34,965 nt of DNA from a virus (lineage: Duplodnaviria > Caudoviricetes), in the IMG/VR virus record IMGVR_UViG_3300030104_001475, positions 1 through 34,965 of that record. One strand, written 5' to 3'. A model generated the notes under the pieces. That model had not been told where the DNA came from. It ran no database searches and saw only the letters and a list, made by a program, of their open reading frames with translations. Below, piece after piece: positions 34,689 through 34,965 of the stretch. Both the position numbers and the translations under genes were made by a program. Position 1 is the stretch's first letter, and each line of letters starts with the position of its first letter.

Positions 34689-34889
34689 TTACTCTTTCCA
34701 TTTACCTATAGGGCACTCGCCAAAAAACTCTTTAGTTAAGTTTGTTTTAGCATCTAGGAAGCAACTACACTTTCCACATCTTGCTCCCAAAGTCCATTTA
34801 GGGCTTTTTAACATTAATAAGTTTCTGTAAAAGTCGCACTTTTTACAAGTATCTAACCTATCTTTCTTTACTTTTTTACTAACAAACAT
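34689..34889 (-). CDS. Small Cys-rich protein (DUF6171-like)
   Basis: RL..C..C...C..C.CF...K......CP.GKW. Confidence 0.75.
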   Translation of the reverse strand: MFVSKKVKKDRLDTCKKCDFYRNLLMLKSPKWTLGARCGKCSCFLDAKTNLTKEFFGECPIGKWKE

Positions 34890-34965
34890 ATGTTGATTTT
34901 TTTAATTACTGATTTATCTTATAGTGTTGCCTGTGATTCTAACACATTTACTGTTCTTTGGCTGC
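34867..34965. repeat. Terminal direct repeat, copy 2
   Basis: Identical to 1-99. Confidence 0.95.

Larger units (their letters stand above)
1..34965. mobile_element. Complete circularly assembled tailed dsDNA phage genome (siphovirus-like, probable Bacteroidota host)
   Basis: Terminal 99-bp overlap. Full set of terminase, portal, protease, capsid, tail, lysis and replication genes. No host housekeeping genes. Bacteroidota-type promoters. Confidence 0.93.

Noticed and set aside
53-34889. Stop-codon reassignment
   Set aside because: Genes are intact and tightly packed in code 11, and TAA, TAG and TGA all end genes.

Overview
The window looks like a complete, circularly assembled ~34.87 kb tailed phage genome (positions 1-99 = 34867-34965). 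It is a siphovirus-type phage, probably of a Bacteroidota/Flavobacteriia host: promoters are TAnnTTTG type, and the A-rich leaders lack Shine-Dalgarno sites. Almost all genes are on the minus strand. Modules: head (ClpP protease, major capsid, portal, adaptor), tail (tail tube, frameshifting chaperone, tip proteins, tape measure), terminase, lysis (M15 endolysin, holin-like proteins), replication/recombination (initiator, DnaC-like ATPase, SSB, annealing protein, VRR-NUC, DnaA-domain-IV-like protein) and early accessory genes (M20/M28-like peptidase, 374-aa Zn-ribbon protein). I recognised no integrase. The most interesting signal is non-coding. Two terminator-capped short RNAs (one stand-alone, one in a 3' UTR) carry the reverse complement of an ACUA/ACUAA-repeat leader and of start-codon regions found at genes behind host-type early promoters. 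This suggests a multi-target, trans-acting antisense system that silences early genes. Other signals: a dif-like Xer site, a phage-specific promoter motif at identical spacing four times, duplicated iteron-like sites outside the initiator gene, a lone plus-strand 29-aa gene, and poly-G tracts in VRR-NUC. All family assignments come from motif recognition by eye; no database searches were run.
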